Assembly: GCA_030295235.1 (NCBI GenBank)
Contig: AP026133.1
Span: forward strand, 62,001 to 126,000
Source: Fistulifera solaris
Taxonomy: Eukaryota
Direction: 5' to 3'
Length of the DNA stretch: 64,000 nucleotides
This document shows, piece by piece, positions 13,749 through 26,686 of the stretch. Below the pieces are notes generated by a model. That model was not told the origin of the DNA. It saw nothing but the letters and a program-made list of their open reading frames with translations, and searched no databases. Position 1 is the stretch's first letter. Each line of letters begins with the position of its first letter. A program made the position numbers and the translations under genes.

Positions 13749-14357
13749 TCAATTTCGCAAACTCGCTAGACGAGCTTCCAAATCACTGGTATCTCCAATT
13801 TTTTCTTGAGGTACTTTCTTCTTCCCAATCGGTCCCGCTTCGGTGAAAGCTTCTCCCAATTCTAGATTGTTCGCGTCGGCCACGACACTGATCAATTCAT
13901 CGACTTGTTCCGCCGGTGTCGAAGTCGCGGTGGTCGCATTCATAGTACCTTCCATATATCCCGCCTTGACATCCAAATCTTCAAACTGCTGCTCAAATTT
14001 ATCCATCGTCGCCGTCAATTGTTCAATATTCATCGATTGAATACTCTTGTCCATGCCTTTGACGACACCTTTCATACTGCTCGTAACTTGATTCATCCGG
14101 ACGGCCGTTTCGATCCGACTGCAACACGCCTCGAGACGACTCGCCATTCGCAAATGATTGAGAGCTTGATTCTTTTCGCGGATCGCATCTTGTCCATAAA
14201 TACGAGCATTTTCACTCAAATTAGCCGCAATGGCTTTTTTGAGCTTTTCGATGGCGGCTTTTTCGTTCTTTTGACATTTTTGGGCAGATCGTTGCATTTG
14301 TTTCGCGACAATTCGCATATTGATCATTTCTTCTTCTAAACTGATTTTGTTGCCCAT
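13749..14357 (-). CDS. CHMP1: ESCRT-III Snf7-family protein CHMP1 (Did2/Vps46)
   Basis: KQMQRSAQKCQKNEK...ENARIYGQDAIREKNQALNHLRMASRLEA...MDKFEQQFEDLDV...TPAEQVDELI and C-terminal MIM DLEARLASLRN; intact 202-aa ORF. Confidence 0.93.
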   Translation of the reverse strand: MGNKISLEEEMINMRIVAKQMQRSAQKCQKNEKAAIEKLKKAIAANLSENARIYGQDAIREKNQALNHLRMASRLEACCSRIETAVRMNQVTSSMKGVVKGMDKSIQSMNIEQLTATMDKFEQQFEDLDVKAGYMEGTMNATTATSTPAEQVDELISVVADANNLELGEAFTEAGPIGKKKVPQEKIGDTSDLEARLASLRN

Positions 14358-17300
14358 TGTTTGTGGTTTTCTTTTGTTATTATATAGAGTGTGTTGTAGT
14401 CGAAGAAAAGAAATGACAAAAGAAAAGAAACTAGAGGGAAAGGAAACGGAAAGAGAAGAAAGAATAATAACAGAAGAGAGATGCGTTACAATAAAACACT
14501 CCGTATAGTAGTAGTTGCGGCAAGAGTGAATGTTGCCTTGTGAGTCGTGCAGAAAGGTGGATCCAAACAGTCACGAGTCGCGAGATAATGTAGATCATGA
14601 GTATGACGTAAAGTCTTTGAAGTACGTTATATTATGTTATATTGCATTCAAACTATTCTACTTTCCATTGTGGTTGCTGGAACCCGGCCCAGCTTTTCTA
14701 CAAGCGATCAATGATACTAGTACATGAATTCTATAAATAGATTATTCATTTTGGTAGGAAAGAGTAGCCGAAACGCGAGAGAATGGATGTCAAGATGAGA
14801 AAAGGTCGTCGTCGATGCTTCCGAGATCGACACCAAAAGGAAACTTCGGCGTCGTGGGCCATAATGGAAGGCACTTGTACCTCAACCTTCAAATCCTTGA
14901 CGCTGATAATTATGGGATGACAAGGTCCACCGTAGAAAGATCTCGCATTCTTGGATCCTTGGCGCTTATCCTTTGGAAGTTCTTAGCGTGTCGCCCAGCC
15001 ATTGACAGTTGGGTCCGAAAGGCTTTGGAACGGACCATTCACGGTCGATGCGCTGTCCTACAGTAAAACATCAGGGTTCGAAGAGCCAGTTCTTCATCAA
15101 AAATTTCCATTCAATCCGTGGGAAATTAGGAAACCTGTTCTCGCTTCGCTCTTTGCCCCACGGCGTTACCACTGTAGTGCGAAAACAAATCATTGTGGAT
15201 GTATCGATGTTCTTTGCTTGTTTAAGAAAAGAATGTTGGATTTTACAATCCAAACCAAGAAGACAGGATTCTACAATCTGAACCAAAAAGACAGGATTTT
15301 GACAGGCGGTGGTGCATTCTTTCGCTAGGTCAACTGATGATTGATGTTCCCACACCAGCGGCGTAAGGTCACGGTCGGAATTCCTACAAAAAGGATTCTA
15401 CAAATGTTCGTTTGCTTGCAAAAAGGCTTAAATGCGACTCAAGGGATACGGAGAATAAAAGCCATCCTCTGCCAGGCCTGTCTTGGCAGCAATGGATCCT
15501 ACGATGATTTGTGATCGAAGCCAGAGACGCCTCAAGATTAACAAGAGATTTATCTGTCAATATCGTGAAGCACCCCGCTCAACAGTTCTCTGACCAAGGC
15601 ATATTTTTTGTGACAACAACCCAAAATCCAGTCGCATCAACGGTCGAAACTCGTCAAAAGCTGCATGTCAATTCGAGCTATTTCGTCAAAACAGGTCACG
15701 CGCGGACACAGAAGCCCACTCTTGAAGTTTTGTCTTTAATTTTTTTTAACCTTGAGCATATCAGCCTCAGAGTTCTATGCATGAACTGCAGGCACCCCGA
15801 TGTCGCTTACCAATACTTAACACTCGACAGAAATTTACAGTGCTCGTCCAATCCACAATTTTCGTTCGAACGGAAACCACAGTTAAAAAGATAAGAGTTG
15901 GTCATCTTTCTTTTATAAACTGGGTCTCTAGCAACGAATAAGTGGTACAACAATTCGAACAGGAAATGGTGATTAGTGCTTTTTTGGTAAATACTTTCTT
16001 TACATATTAATGTCATTACGATAAAAAATCTCCTAATTCACTGCTAGCTCTACGAGATCGACCGAGATAACTCTGCTTTCCGACCACCTGCAGTGAAACG
16101 CATTTATTCGATTGTTAAGGCTAGTCTCTGTTTGCCACCGATCCGAATTCAAGGGGGTAACGGATGAATTGAAGTAAACGATTTGGTTCAAGTCCAAATT
16201 CATCCGCACTTTCTTGGGGATAGCCGGGAGCACCGAGGCTGGCATATTGTAATTATTTAGGAAATGTTTTTAATGGATAGCCGGACTTTATTTGAAATGA
16301 AAGGAAGTCAAAGAGCTCCAACGATGAAGTTTGTGCGAGATCGGAGAAACAGGTGGAGGATTTTTCGGTGACTGCCTTGGGCTTCTTCGTCAACGGGCAC
16401 GAATTACAGCGTAGGGCAATAGTGTTTCCGGTATTTTGTGTTTATTGTCACTATTGAAGAACACGTGGTATTTGTTCTTTGAACTAAATTTGAAGCAACA
16501 TTTTCCCGTGTTTATGTTTGTTGTCACTATTGAAGAACACGTGGTGTGTTCTTCGAACTGGTTCGTTAGTACAGTCAAAGGAGGAAAATGAAGATGAATG
16601 ATGATTGATGATTGATGATGGATGATGGCTTCAAGATTGAAGACATAACCTAGTACCATTAGGGTTCCTGGAATTCCTTATTCTTATTCCCTGTCATCCT
16701 TTAGGTACCGGTAATAGGTAACACTAAGAGGTCGACCTCTCCGACGACTACAGACTACGGACCTCTCTCCGGATAGGATAGCGATACAGAACAGAGAACA
16801 CTTTGTGTATCATGAGTCAAGAGTCAAGAGGAGTCGTAGTGCCGTGCCAAAACACACCATGAGAATCATCATCGCCATTCAGCATTCAGCATCCATACCT
16901 GGTACCGGTACCGGGTACCAGTAAGCAGTAAGCAGTAGGCACCACATGCTTCAACGAATCCGTAGTAAGGACAAAAAAATTGAACATCAATTCCTGAATG
17001 TGGACTTGAAAAGGCTTTGTGGATCCACTCCACAACCAAGTGGCGAGTTGCCCTACAGACATGTGGGACGATCCAAGCACCGAAATGGTCATTGTGATCT
17101 GTCGCATATCAGTGAATTCCAACACCAAATGAGAGGGGGAAAAGGAGTCGTGATCAGGTTGTGAGTTGACCATAGTACATGCACTTCGGTGATGCAACAG
17201 CATGCAGCATTCGGGATTCCAATCCATTACGATGCTGGTGGTGGCGTACTTTCGAAATCGCACCACCGCATTCCGTACCGCCAAACGTTGCGTTTCCGTC

Positions 17301-17574
17301 ATGTCATGTAAATACTCAGGATCATGCAATGGAACAAAGATACGTGGTTGTATCATTCTAGTTACTATGCTATTAGATAACACAGCAAGTATCGTACATG
17401 CAAAAGTAATTAGGATGATTTGTATCCAAAGTTTAAAAGGAAATTATGGACAACGCAAGGGGCACAATTTGGGATGTAAAAGGCTTTCTCGTGAAAGAAA
17501 AGGCCACACAGTGTGGGCCGATTTTTGCGCCATCCGTTACTCGTAGACTCTTCCAAGGCTCATTGCTCTCAGGC

Positions 17575-17598
17575 CTCTCTCTCTCTCTCTCTCTCTCT
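17575..17598. repeat. (CT)n microsatellite
   Basis: Direct reading. Similar tracts at 27071-27096 (inside the SLC34 intron) and 31866-31887. Confidence 0.9.
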
Positions 17599-17706
17599 TT
17601 CTCGAACTATCAGCTCTCACTTTTCATTCCTTACTTGTTTACTTCCCTGTTCCCGTTCAGTCAAGACTTTTTTCTATAAAATATTGTGGTCCATGAGCAC
17701 GGTTCC

Positions 17707-18084
17707 CTAAAACACTGCTTTTGGTTGTGTCGCAACCAAATTGGCAGGACTACTCCCAACTTTCGTCGTTGCAATGTTTTCCGGTATGGTGGTAAGAACT
17801 GGCAGAGGACTCCGTAACCCCATCAATGACAAGGGTGATGCATTCCGATCGGCTTCTAATACCAGTTTCGATGGTGTTATCATTGGGTCATCGTGAATGA
17901 CCGTAGGCGGCGGCGGTAGCAGTGGTTCTCTCTTGATTGCTCTAGATGATGACAAGGATTCGTTTGCTACATGGTTCTGAGTCTTACAACAAGAGAACAG
18001 AGTTTGGAATGTTTGCTTCCATCCGCGTTTTCGTGTCGGACGTTCGGATCTCTGCGAAGAGTTGTTAGCGGTTGAATGATTCAT
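17707..18084 (-). CDS. Hypothetical protein
   Basis: ORF MNHSTANNSS...WKQTFQTLFSCCK...LTTIPE; no recognisable domain. Confidence 0.3.
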   Translation of the reverse strand: MNHSTANNSSQRSERPTRKRGWKQTFQTLFSCCKTQNHVANESLSSSRAIKREPLLPPPPTVIHDDPMITPSKLVLEADRNASPLSLMGLRSPLPVLTTIPENIATTKVGSSPANLVATQPKAVF

Positions 18085-18795
18085 AATCCTTTTCTTGTTT
18101 CTTTCATTTCGTATGTGCATTTGTATGCAGCGAAAGTGATGCATGGTTTGCGTGGAAGAGAAGCACGACGATTGCAATGAATGAATGAGAGAGAAAGCCG
18201 GCAATTTATCTTTTTCTCTCTCGAAAGGTCTCGACCGATCGAAATCGAGTCCAGTCGTATTGTGAACCACGAAAGCGTCATAAGTCATAAGTGAGTGATG
18301 AGAAGGACAGACTGACACTTCCGTTGTGATCCCAAATTTCCGAACGCGAAATAGGAGTGGTACTCCGTTTGTACTTTTGTGAGAATACGGATCGCAGATT
18401 CCACGTACAGGTGAACTTTGTCTTGATAGTGAACAGATCGAAACTCGAACGGTTCGTTGAAGAAACGCTTGATCGACTCCGCGTCCTGTTGGTAGTTTGC
18501 GATCACAACGGAACAAATCAACCACAAAAACATCACATCATAATCCGAAAAGTCTCTTTATAATTCAAACCACAAACAAAATAATAACGAAATAAGATCC
18601 TCTCCGCGGAACGTTTTCAAATCCTTGCTTTTCCTGTGGCATTAGCGGTTCTCTTTCACGCAACTTGACACTTTGATTCTTCCACCATACAAACTATTCA
18701 AGGCAACGAAGACACAGACGAAGGCGAACTACTAGAGACTTTCTTGTTTGCGATAAGGTTACAATCAATCATCGACCTTGCTGAAATCTAATACC

Positions 18796-19287
18796 ATGAT
18801 CTACAAGTTCCCTTCTCGTCGAAAGCGGCAAAACAGTCATTCGAGCATGCCGGTGGTTTCCCCGATGGCGACTGATTCCTCCTCGTCATCGTTGACACTC
18901 AAGACGATCGTTCAAAACATTTATCATCGTCGCACTGCACCAAGTAACAACAAGACCAACAACAACAACAACAAGTCTCTCGAAAGATTATTCAAAGAAG
19001 GCGAAGGCAAAGAAGAAGAGCGCCATGATATTCCCATACAGGATAGCGATTTGAGCGAACCATTGCCAACTACCGACGAAGACCACGAAGAAGCCGAACA
19101 ACGCGAACCCATGGTCATCAAAACACATCGACGAACGTCTGCGACGGATTGGAACGAATTGGTGCAACGTGCCCAAAATACCCACAAGCAACATCATCGA
19201 CGGACTTTGGCCATGACGAATGACGAATTCATGGATGTCACCATGGTGTGTGACGAATTGCACGGCTCCTCGCTGTGTGTGGTATGA
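18796..19287 (+). CDS. Hypothetical protein
   Basis: ORF MIYKFPSRRKR...HRRTSATDWNELVQRAQ...HHRRTLAM with coding-like composition; function unknown. Confidence 0.45.
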   Translation: MIYKFPSRRKRQNSHSSMPVVSPMATDSSSSSLTLKTIVQNIYHRRTAPSNNKTNNNNNKSLERLFKEGEGKEEERHDIPIQDSDLSEPLPTTDEDHEEAEQREPMVIKTHRRTSATDWNELVQRAQNTHKQHHRRTLAMTNDEFMDVTMVCDELHGSSLCVV

Positions 19288-19659
19288 CACCCACCCTTAT
19301 ATTTGCCCACGATCCATCGAAAACGAAACATCAAACCGTGGCTGTACCATTTTCTATTTGCATAAACTCCACTGCCGAAATCCAATGTATGCATGCATGT
19401 ATATATACGTATTCTTTAAATACCACTAATATGAATTCAAACTGAACACAAAATAGATCCTAATTTTGCTGAAAAAAATATTGTGAGAATCGAGAGAAGT
19501 TCTACAAGACAATGGCACGAGTACAATTGTCACGGGCCCGCGAGCAAGAACAATCCATTTGCTTTCCATGCGTGTTTAGTTTGTCCAATATAGATGAATT
19601 TATAGTATTAAGTCTTTCGTGGACCATCGCTGCCTTTCTTCGCTCACTCAAACTTGCTT

Positions 19660-20286
19660 TTAAGTCAATTTGGGCATGAAACTACCGACGACATTGGCAT
19701 ATAATTCCGATCGTTTCTTCCAACGGCCTTCATTGCGAGCATTCGCATCCAAACTCCACAATTTACTCTTGTGGATAGTCAGCAACAACAATTGATGTGT
19801 TTGATCTGGCAAGGCGAATTCGAAGGTATAAAACAAGATACCGTCCGTGATGCGTTCACTGGCTTGCACAAGAGTAGCTTGATTGCGTTTGGCGGCCAAT
19901 TTGGGCCCCAATTCCTCCACAGTGCCCAAAGCAGCGACACTTTCGATACTCGATTTGACCGGTGTACTACTGAGTTTGATTTGCTCGAGAGGATCGACCA
20001 AATCTTGCCATTTGACGTCATAGGCACCGACTTCGCCATCGAATTTGTTCCATCCAGACGGTGCTAGCAAACGAAAGCCACGAGGACCATCTTGATACGG
20101 TTCCAACAAACCACCCATGCGTGTGACGACACGGGGTGTTTCTTCTGTCGGAAGTGCGAATGCTGCACTGGAAGAGGTAGCAATGACGGCTGTTGTCATG
20201 TGTTGCAGCGCTTCACGGCGTGAAGCAGGTGTCGTCCAAGCGGTAGTGAACGCGAGTAAGAGAGTGAATGTTGTGAATCGGAGCAT
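19660..20286 (-). CDS. PsbP-domain thylakoid lumen protein (nucleus-encoded, plastid-targeted)
   Basis: Signal peptide with TTA-W cleavage (ASAFAP-like), twin-Arg RREAL...SAAFA lumen signal, then YQDGPRGFRLLAPSGW, LVQASERITDGILFYTFEF, HQLLLLTIHKSKLWSL and RWKK...VVGSF, typical of the PsbP family. Confidence 0.85.
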   Translation of the reverse strand: MLRFTTFTLLLAFTTAWTTPASRREALQHMTTAVIATSSSAAFALPTEETPRVVTRMGGLLEPYQDGPRGFRLLAPSGWNKFDGEVGAYDVKWQDLVDPLEQIKLSSTPVKSSIESVAALGTVEELGPKLAAKRNQATLVQASERITDGILFYTFEFALPDQTHQLLLLTIHKSKLWSLDANARNEGRWKKRSELYANVVGSFMPKLT

Positions 20287-21013
20287 TTTTTCTCGTTTGT
20301 GTCTCTATTGAATGTTGCCTGTTATTGTTTGTCACTTGATTTATTTTTTCAAGTGATGAATGAATGGATAAATGTATGAGTGAACAATTCTTTCTATGTT
20401 ATTCTTCTTTCGAATAAAATTATATCTGTTGCTGCGTTTTCATTGCGGTCGTCGGCTCACCGGATCATCAATTATCATCATCATCATCATCGCCGGTTCA
20501 AAATGTGTCGGAGGGTCTGCGCGATGACGACTGACTCACTCATTGAAACATACGTATGGGTCACGAATCCGACGTGACTCAATGGATCGCTGTTGACTAC
20601 CGAGGGCCTTATTTTCTGGTTGTCTGCAGGTCTAAAAGGATGCAGTCAATATCACAAACAGGATGTAGATGCCAATTCTTTCGAAAAATAAATTAATTTA
20701 CTTGTTTAATACGGAGTATTTGGGACGCACCTGCTGGTAGCTGGTACCCCAGTACAAGTACCAGGTACTTGTACAGGAGTTACTGAACCTTGCTTCGATT
20801 TTGGAATGACAACATCCTGTCGCACTGGTACCTCTCAGCCGTTTGACGGTTCCTTGGAGAAGACAGACCCTACCTGTTACTGTCGTAGCGGTTTGATTCG
20901 ATACCGTAATTCATCCCCAATCCCCAATCCCCAATGCACTCCCTCATCTAATCTGTACCTGGTACAAAGTACAAAAGTGCGATGTCCGTGGACGAGAGCT
21001 CGTCGCCTTTTAG

Positions 21014-21033
21014 GAGAAGTCTCGGAGCTCGCA
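21014..21033 (+). promoter_or_regulatory. 20-bp element GAGAAGTCTCGGAGCTCGCA upstream of SLC34 copy 1
   Basis: Identical 20-mer at 26687-26706 upstream of copy 2, while the flanks do not align by eye. Regulatory role is inferred. Confidence 0.5.
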
Positions 21034-21302
21034 GCCTTACAGAAATGCCCATTCGAAGTTCATTGCGTTTCAAACGACGAAATAACAAAGTCTCTACCAT
21101 TTATCATTATTCTGTGTTCTTGTACGATACATAATGCATATCAAAGAACAATAACAACGCGAAGAAGAACAGAACTTGACCAGATCAGAGCGTTATAATC
21201 ATAATAAGAATACTATCGGCAACTTTCCTTTTTTCTCTTTCTCGCAATCGCCTTGTTTCGATCAATCGCTTTCTTGACAACATAAATAATAACATAATAA
21301 CA

Positions 21303-23187
21303 ATGGTAGGTTTCTGTAATTAGTCTTGTGATATAGCTTGACCTCTTTAAGTATCGTTCGGTGTTTCTCTGACACACAATTCTTTACTTACTCTTCTTCT
21401 TTTTTTTTCTGACTTCCCTCTTTCTTCAGTCCGACACGGATAGCGAAACCCGAAAGCCCATTATCACTCAAGATGATCATTCAATTCCAGCTTTTATTCA
21501 CTTTGGCGATCAGGACAGGATCGACGCAGAAGAAGAGGATGAGCAGCAGGAGGAGGATGAGGAGGAGGACGCCACTTGGGGTGAAGTTGTTCAAGCTTGC
21601 TGTGTGCGCACTCCAACCGAATGGGGATACGTGTTCGGAAGATTATGCGCGGTGGTGTTCTTCATGTACTTCTTTCTCTTTGGTTTGGAACTCATGAGAA
21701 CAGGGGCCAAGGTCATGACGGGTTGCACCGCTGGTGCACTCTTTGGAGATGAAACGAATCCGGTGGCCGGCCTCACCGTGGGTCTTTTCGCAACAGTCTT
21801 GTTGCAATCGTCCTCAACTACAACTTCTATTATTGTTTCTTTAGCTGGATCGGCCATTTCGGTCAGCCAGGCCATCTACATGGTCATGGGAGCCAATATT
21901 GGTACTACTGTCACCAATACAATTGTTTCATTGGGGCAACTGGGCGATGCGGATCAGTTGGAGCGCGCCTTTGCGGGGGCCACTGTACACGATATGTTCA
22001 ACATGATGACAGTGTGCGTGCTGTTTCCTCTGGAAATTGCTACGGGGTATCTTCGTCGCCTAACTGAGGTTATGGTCAGGGGCGCTTTTACCTCGAATGT
22101 GGAAACTTGGGAAGGGCCCATACGGAAGTATGTCGCTCCTTTAGGAGACAGAATTATCATGTCAAACAGCGACTTGTTAGCTGCGGTTGCTAGTGGTGAA
22201 GGCTCATGTGCAGAAGGTGATGGCTTTTATCCAATTCTTTGCGAGCCTGGAACCCCTTCTGCATCCAAGTGCCCCCAAGTCGGCCTTATTTCCTGCAATA
22301 GAGAGACAAATACTTGCCCATCGTTTTTTCAGCCCAATGCAACGTCCAAGGAAGACAAGATCTCAGGAGGAGTTGTCTTTGTGCTGGCTATAGTAATGCT
22401 TTTCTTTTGTCTGTTTGCACTCTTGAATATCTTACAGCGCATGTTGATGGGCTCATCTACTCGCATCGTTCACAAAGCTACCAGTCTAAATGGGTATGTG
22501 AATATGGCTCTTGGTTGTGGTCTCACTGTCCTGGTACAGTCTTCCTCCATCGTCACTTCTACCCTGACGCCGTTAGTGGGAATTGGTGTAATTCACTTGG
22601 ACCAAATGTACCCGTTAACATTGGGTTCCAATATTGGCACCACCATCACGGCTTTGTTAGCTGCCATGGTTACGGAGAGTCCCGAATCACTTCAAGTGGC
22701 CTTGAGCCACTTCATCTTCAACAGTATGGGCATTGTCATTTTCTATCCGGTTCCATTTATGCGTGCTTTCCCCCTACAGGCTGCTCGTCACCTCGGCAAA
22801 GCCACCCGCCAATGGCGTGGCTTCCCTTTTCTATACATTGGTGTCATGTTCTTCTTGCTCCCGCTGACGTCCTTCGGCATATCCTTTTTGTTCGCTCGCG
22901 GCAGTATGGGACTCACGGTTTTGGGTTCCTTCTTGGTAGCCGTGATTGCAATCAGCGGTGCGTACGGTTTTTACTGGTGGAGATTCCAAGACGGGAAACA
23001 GTACTGCAATAATCGTTTCGAACGACGCGAACGCCTGCGGGTTGCCATCCACAATTTGCCGGACGATATGGATTATCTCAAAACCCAGATTGCTTTGCTA
23101 ATAAGCCATACGCGTCTTCCAGACAGTGAGGATGAGGATGATGATGATGATGATGATGATGAAGAAAGTGCCAATGTTGAAAGATGA
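21303..23187 (+). CDS. Na+/phosphate cotransporter, SLC34 (NptA/NaPi-II) family, copy 1; first coding exon is ATG only, intron 21306-21429
   Basis: Two QSSS repeats (LLQSSSTTTSIIVS, LVQSSSIVTSTLTP), MGANIGTTVTNT, FAGATVHDMFN, LGSNIGTTIT and LQVALSHFIFN. Frame is intact after splicing (M|SDTDSETRKPII). Confidence 0.95.
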
Positions 23188-23595
23188 TAAGACGTTTCTT
23201 GTGTTTATAGTGCTATAAATAGGTTATTATTTTTACGGGACTCGGATGAAATGATCAACTTTTGCGTACTGGTACCGGTACCAGGTACCGTACTTGTACT
23301 CGGGCCTCATTTTGGTTGTGGGTCTCCATGTAGTAGGGATCAGGGGATTTAAGTCGTGTTTGGCGCCATCGTTTCGTGAGGAGGAGGACGAGTCAGTCGT
23401 GTCGCGGGCCACCGCACCGAACCCTACTTGGATGGTACAAGTACTCGTAATGACTTCCGGCCGGCGCGCGGACACATCACGATTAGCGAGACGCACACAT
23501 TGACACACACACACACAGAGGGACGAAAACCAAGTTGTTTGATTGTTTGAGTAAAGCATCGTTGTGGCCTTTATTTCTTTAACAATAACAAAATA

Positions 23596-24045
23596 ATGAT
23601 ATTTCGATACACGCGATTCTTACGATTCACACAACGTAGCAATAAACGAGCTTTTTCGACGCCGTCGCCGCCATCCGGCGATCCGTTTGCTGTATACTGG
23701 AGTGGTTTAGCAGCGTTTGCTGGTTGGTCGGTAACCTTGTCGACGTTCTATCCACACTACGATAATAGTCATTTGTCGTCGTCGTCGTCGTCGTCTTTGC
23801 AAATGACACAAGACATTGCTCTCTTTAGCTCCATCTTCGCTTTACTGTCGTGGAACTCTGCTTGGTTGTTTCGCTGTCATCTTTTGAATGTAATGACCAT
23901 TGTCGGTACGGCTCTCCATCCTTGGCCGTCGACGACGCCGTTATTGCAACGATACCATACAACTGACTGGCAATGTCATGAAGAAATAATACAAACAAAA
24001 CATTCTTCTCGAAATATTCTACCCAACAAAGAAAAGATGGCGTAA
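23596..24045 (+). CDS. Small uncharacterised membrane protein with mitochondrial-presequence-like N-terminus; paralogue of 29307-29732
   Basis: Shares YWS..A.AGWS.T, S-run + MTQD..L.S, CHL.NV.TI and Y...DWQCH.E with the ORF at 29307-29732. Arg-rich, acid-free N-terminus ending in RAFST. Confidence 0.65.
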   Translation: MIFRYTRFLRFTQRSNKRAFSTPSPPSGDPFAVYWSGLAAFAGWSVTLSTFYPHYDNSHLSSSSSSSLQMTQDIALFSSIFALLSWNSAWLFRCHLLNVMTIVGTALHPWPSTTPLLQRYHTTDWQCHEEIIQTKHSSRNILPNKEKMA

Positions 24046-24524
24046 TAGATTCGAATCATCAAAAAGAGACACATTGAATATACGGAGGAGTGAGTCGTCT
24101 CGAAGGGATGATGATTCATGGTGTTACATGGAAGCACTTCCATTTGTGTGCGTTAAAGGCTGTTCAACCGTACGACCACTACTCTTTCTTTTTCTTTCCT
24201 TTTCCAATCAGCGACTCTTTTTGCGACAAGAATCTACCCAACGCCAGGGAGTCAAAGATCGTCATGCAGGACGATGCACATGGTACTTGTCCCACCGATC
24301 GAAAATGAGCACTGAATCGATGAGAGGGTAAAAGGACACTATTGTTCAACGTGTTCTGCGCGATAGAGACCATTCAATGCTAACTTTTTGCTACAATAGA
24401 CATAGAATACACAAGTAAATAATACTTACAAATAGAAAAGAAAAAAACCGTTGTTTTGCTTGGTCGAATGGTACAATGGTTTCCAATCTAGAATTCCTCA
24501 TAGACCGCTTCTAAACAACCACCT

Positions 24525-26143
24525 TTACTTTCGTGCACGACCAAGCCATTGCTTTGTTCTTTGCCATATCCAGTTGCGACTCGACGGCGGAGACGTTGTA
24601 TCATCATCACCATCCATAATGGCGTGTTGCAGGAGTTCACACAGCACATCTGTATGATCTGACAGTAAGAGCGCCGTGCGTTGAAAATTTCGCAAAAGCA
24701 TCAAAGCAGTCGCGACGAACGAGGGTCGCTCAACGCGGAGTTGTTTTTGCATAAAGGTGGTTTCGCGAGAACCTTCGATCCTCGATAAAAGTGATTGAGT
24801 GAGTACAATTCATCCATAACCCGTCCATTCGAAAGGATATTTCCAACATCATCTTTCACGACAATTTGTTGATTGTGCGTGATCAATTTTGAATCTGAGC
24901 CAAATTGGGACCAAAGGCGCGTTCTCTGTGGCGAACAAATGTTTTGATTTCACGCAATCCCGGATGATCTTCTATACCTTCTAAAATGGTCCCCATGTGT
25001 AAATCCCAATCCACTTCCGATGATTCGCGATCACATACATCCCAAATTTGCAAGTCCCTATTTGCTTGAACCGCGTATATCATTTCTTGGACGACCGACT
25101 TGGGTGCTGCAATGACAGTGTCAGAAGCACTCAACTTGACACGAATTTGGAGTTCTTTGAAATGACTCAATTCCATCACGCGCCGCCAAAACAAAAGCAT
25201 ACATTCGGTAGGAAAGGTATCACCATCATTATCATCATCATCATCATCATCATTATGATAGATGGTGAGAGCCAATTGTCAATAAAAATAAGCAACGAGG
25301 GTATACCCAATTTCATCAATGTCATTGTCGTGATTTCGTAGTGTAACGAACCCGCTTCTCTCCAGAACGGGATTGAGGCAGAGATATCATTCAATTGAGG
25401 CAGACGCAAAGTATCAATCGTTGTAGCTTGAATCACGCAACTAAAAGCGTTGAATTTCCATGAGTAAGGTGTGACTTCATCATCACTTTCGGTGAATGTT
25501 AACGATCCAAATGGGGTGGAACGCTTGTGGAGGGCATTTACAAACGTCATTCCACCATCTTCCAACAAACAACGAGAAAGTATCAAAGAGATACGATGCC
25601 GTCTCGTTGCCAGTATTTTGGATTGTTCTGGACGGAGTTGCACATTGACAAAGTGTATAGTACGTGATGGAATTGCTTCTAGCATATGCTGCAAAGAGTG
25701 TGTTCGAGCGGCACTCAAATTCAAGACAGGATAGCTGTGCATGCCTTGGATCCGCAATAACGTTGACGATTTCTGGTGTTGCCAAGGTTCTTCTAACGCC
25801 ATAAAATAGGCTGCCGTTTTCGCAATGGCGTCGTCTGTTTTTCCGACAATATACAATCGGGGAACGCTGCTCTTATCATTGCCATAATCGAAGAGCAAGC
25901 ATCGTTGATTGTAAGGCGGACGGTCGTGACTCGTTGGCGGCGTTACGTAAACAAGAGTTTCGTCCTCTCGCCAATCCATCACTACTTTCTTCTTGCACTG
26001 GAGGATTTCATGCAGGTTGACGGGTTGACGACGGAGTGTGTGTATCGGCGTCTTTTCTCCGCTACTCCAATGAGCAACGTGCTCTGGTTGGCGAGGAGCT
26101 TCGAGCAAAAGGAGCGAATCTTCTTGTTATTATTTCTCGACAT
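24525..26143 (-). CDS. Member of a lineage-expanded RNI/LRR-like hypothetical family (Fistulifera-type), frameshifted, possibly a pseudogene
   Basis: Consecutive ORF pieces: WREDET...LYIVGKTDDAIAKTAAYF, VQLRPEQSKILATRRHRISLILSRC.LEDGG.TFVNAL..R.TPFGSLTF, ILEGIEDHPGLR and ERPSFVATAL...NFQRTALLLSDHTDVLCEL. Family resemblance is from memory and was not searched. Confidence 0.6.
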
Positions 26144-26686
26144 GTAGGAAAGCACAGTTTAAAAAAAGGAGCCAAACGGATTGACTTTCAACACGCGTGT
26201 AAAGTATACAACAAAAGATGCGAAAGGAATGATGAATGGGAGACAAAATAATAGTGAAGAAAGCAATCGATAACGTAACGAGGGAAATGTAATACCTGGT
26301 ATTTGGTTTGTTATTATTGACCAAAATTATATTGCAACACTCAACATACGCAAACATAGATCTCGTCCTCTCGCGCGTTTGTTTCCGATCTTTGTCAATG
26401 TCTGTACGTCGGTCAGCGAGTACAAGAAGTACGCTCTTTCTAAAAGACTTGTCTCCAGTCACTATTACTCGAGACGCGGATGACAGATGACAGATGTTGG
26501 GGCAAATCTCGCGCGCTTCGCCGCGCGATCTACCGAATACTCACTCTGATCGAAAATGGTTTTTTCGTTGGCGAAAACGGCGACCATGAAGGATCCTAAA
26601 AATCCAAAGACAATCACACACAAACTCCATCACTCCACCAAAAACTGTTTTTCGATGATCTTGGTTGACGCAGAACCTTTCTTTTT

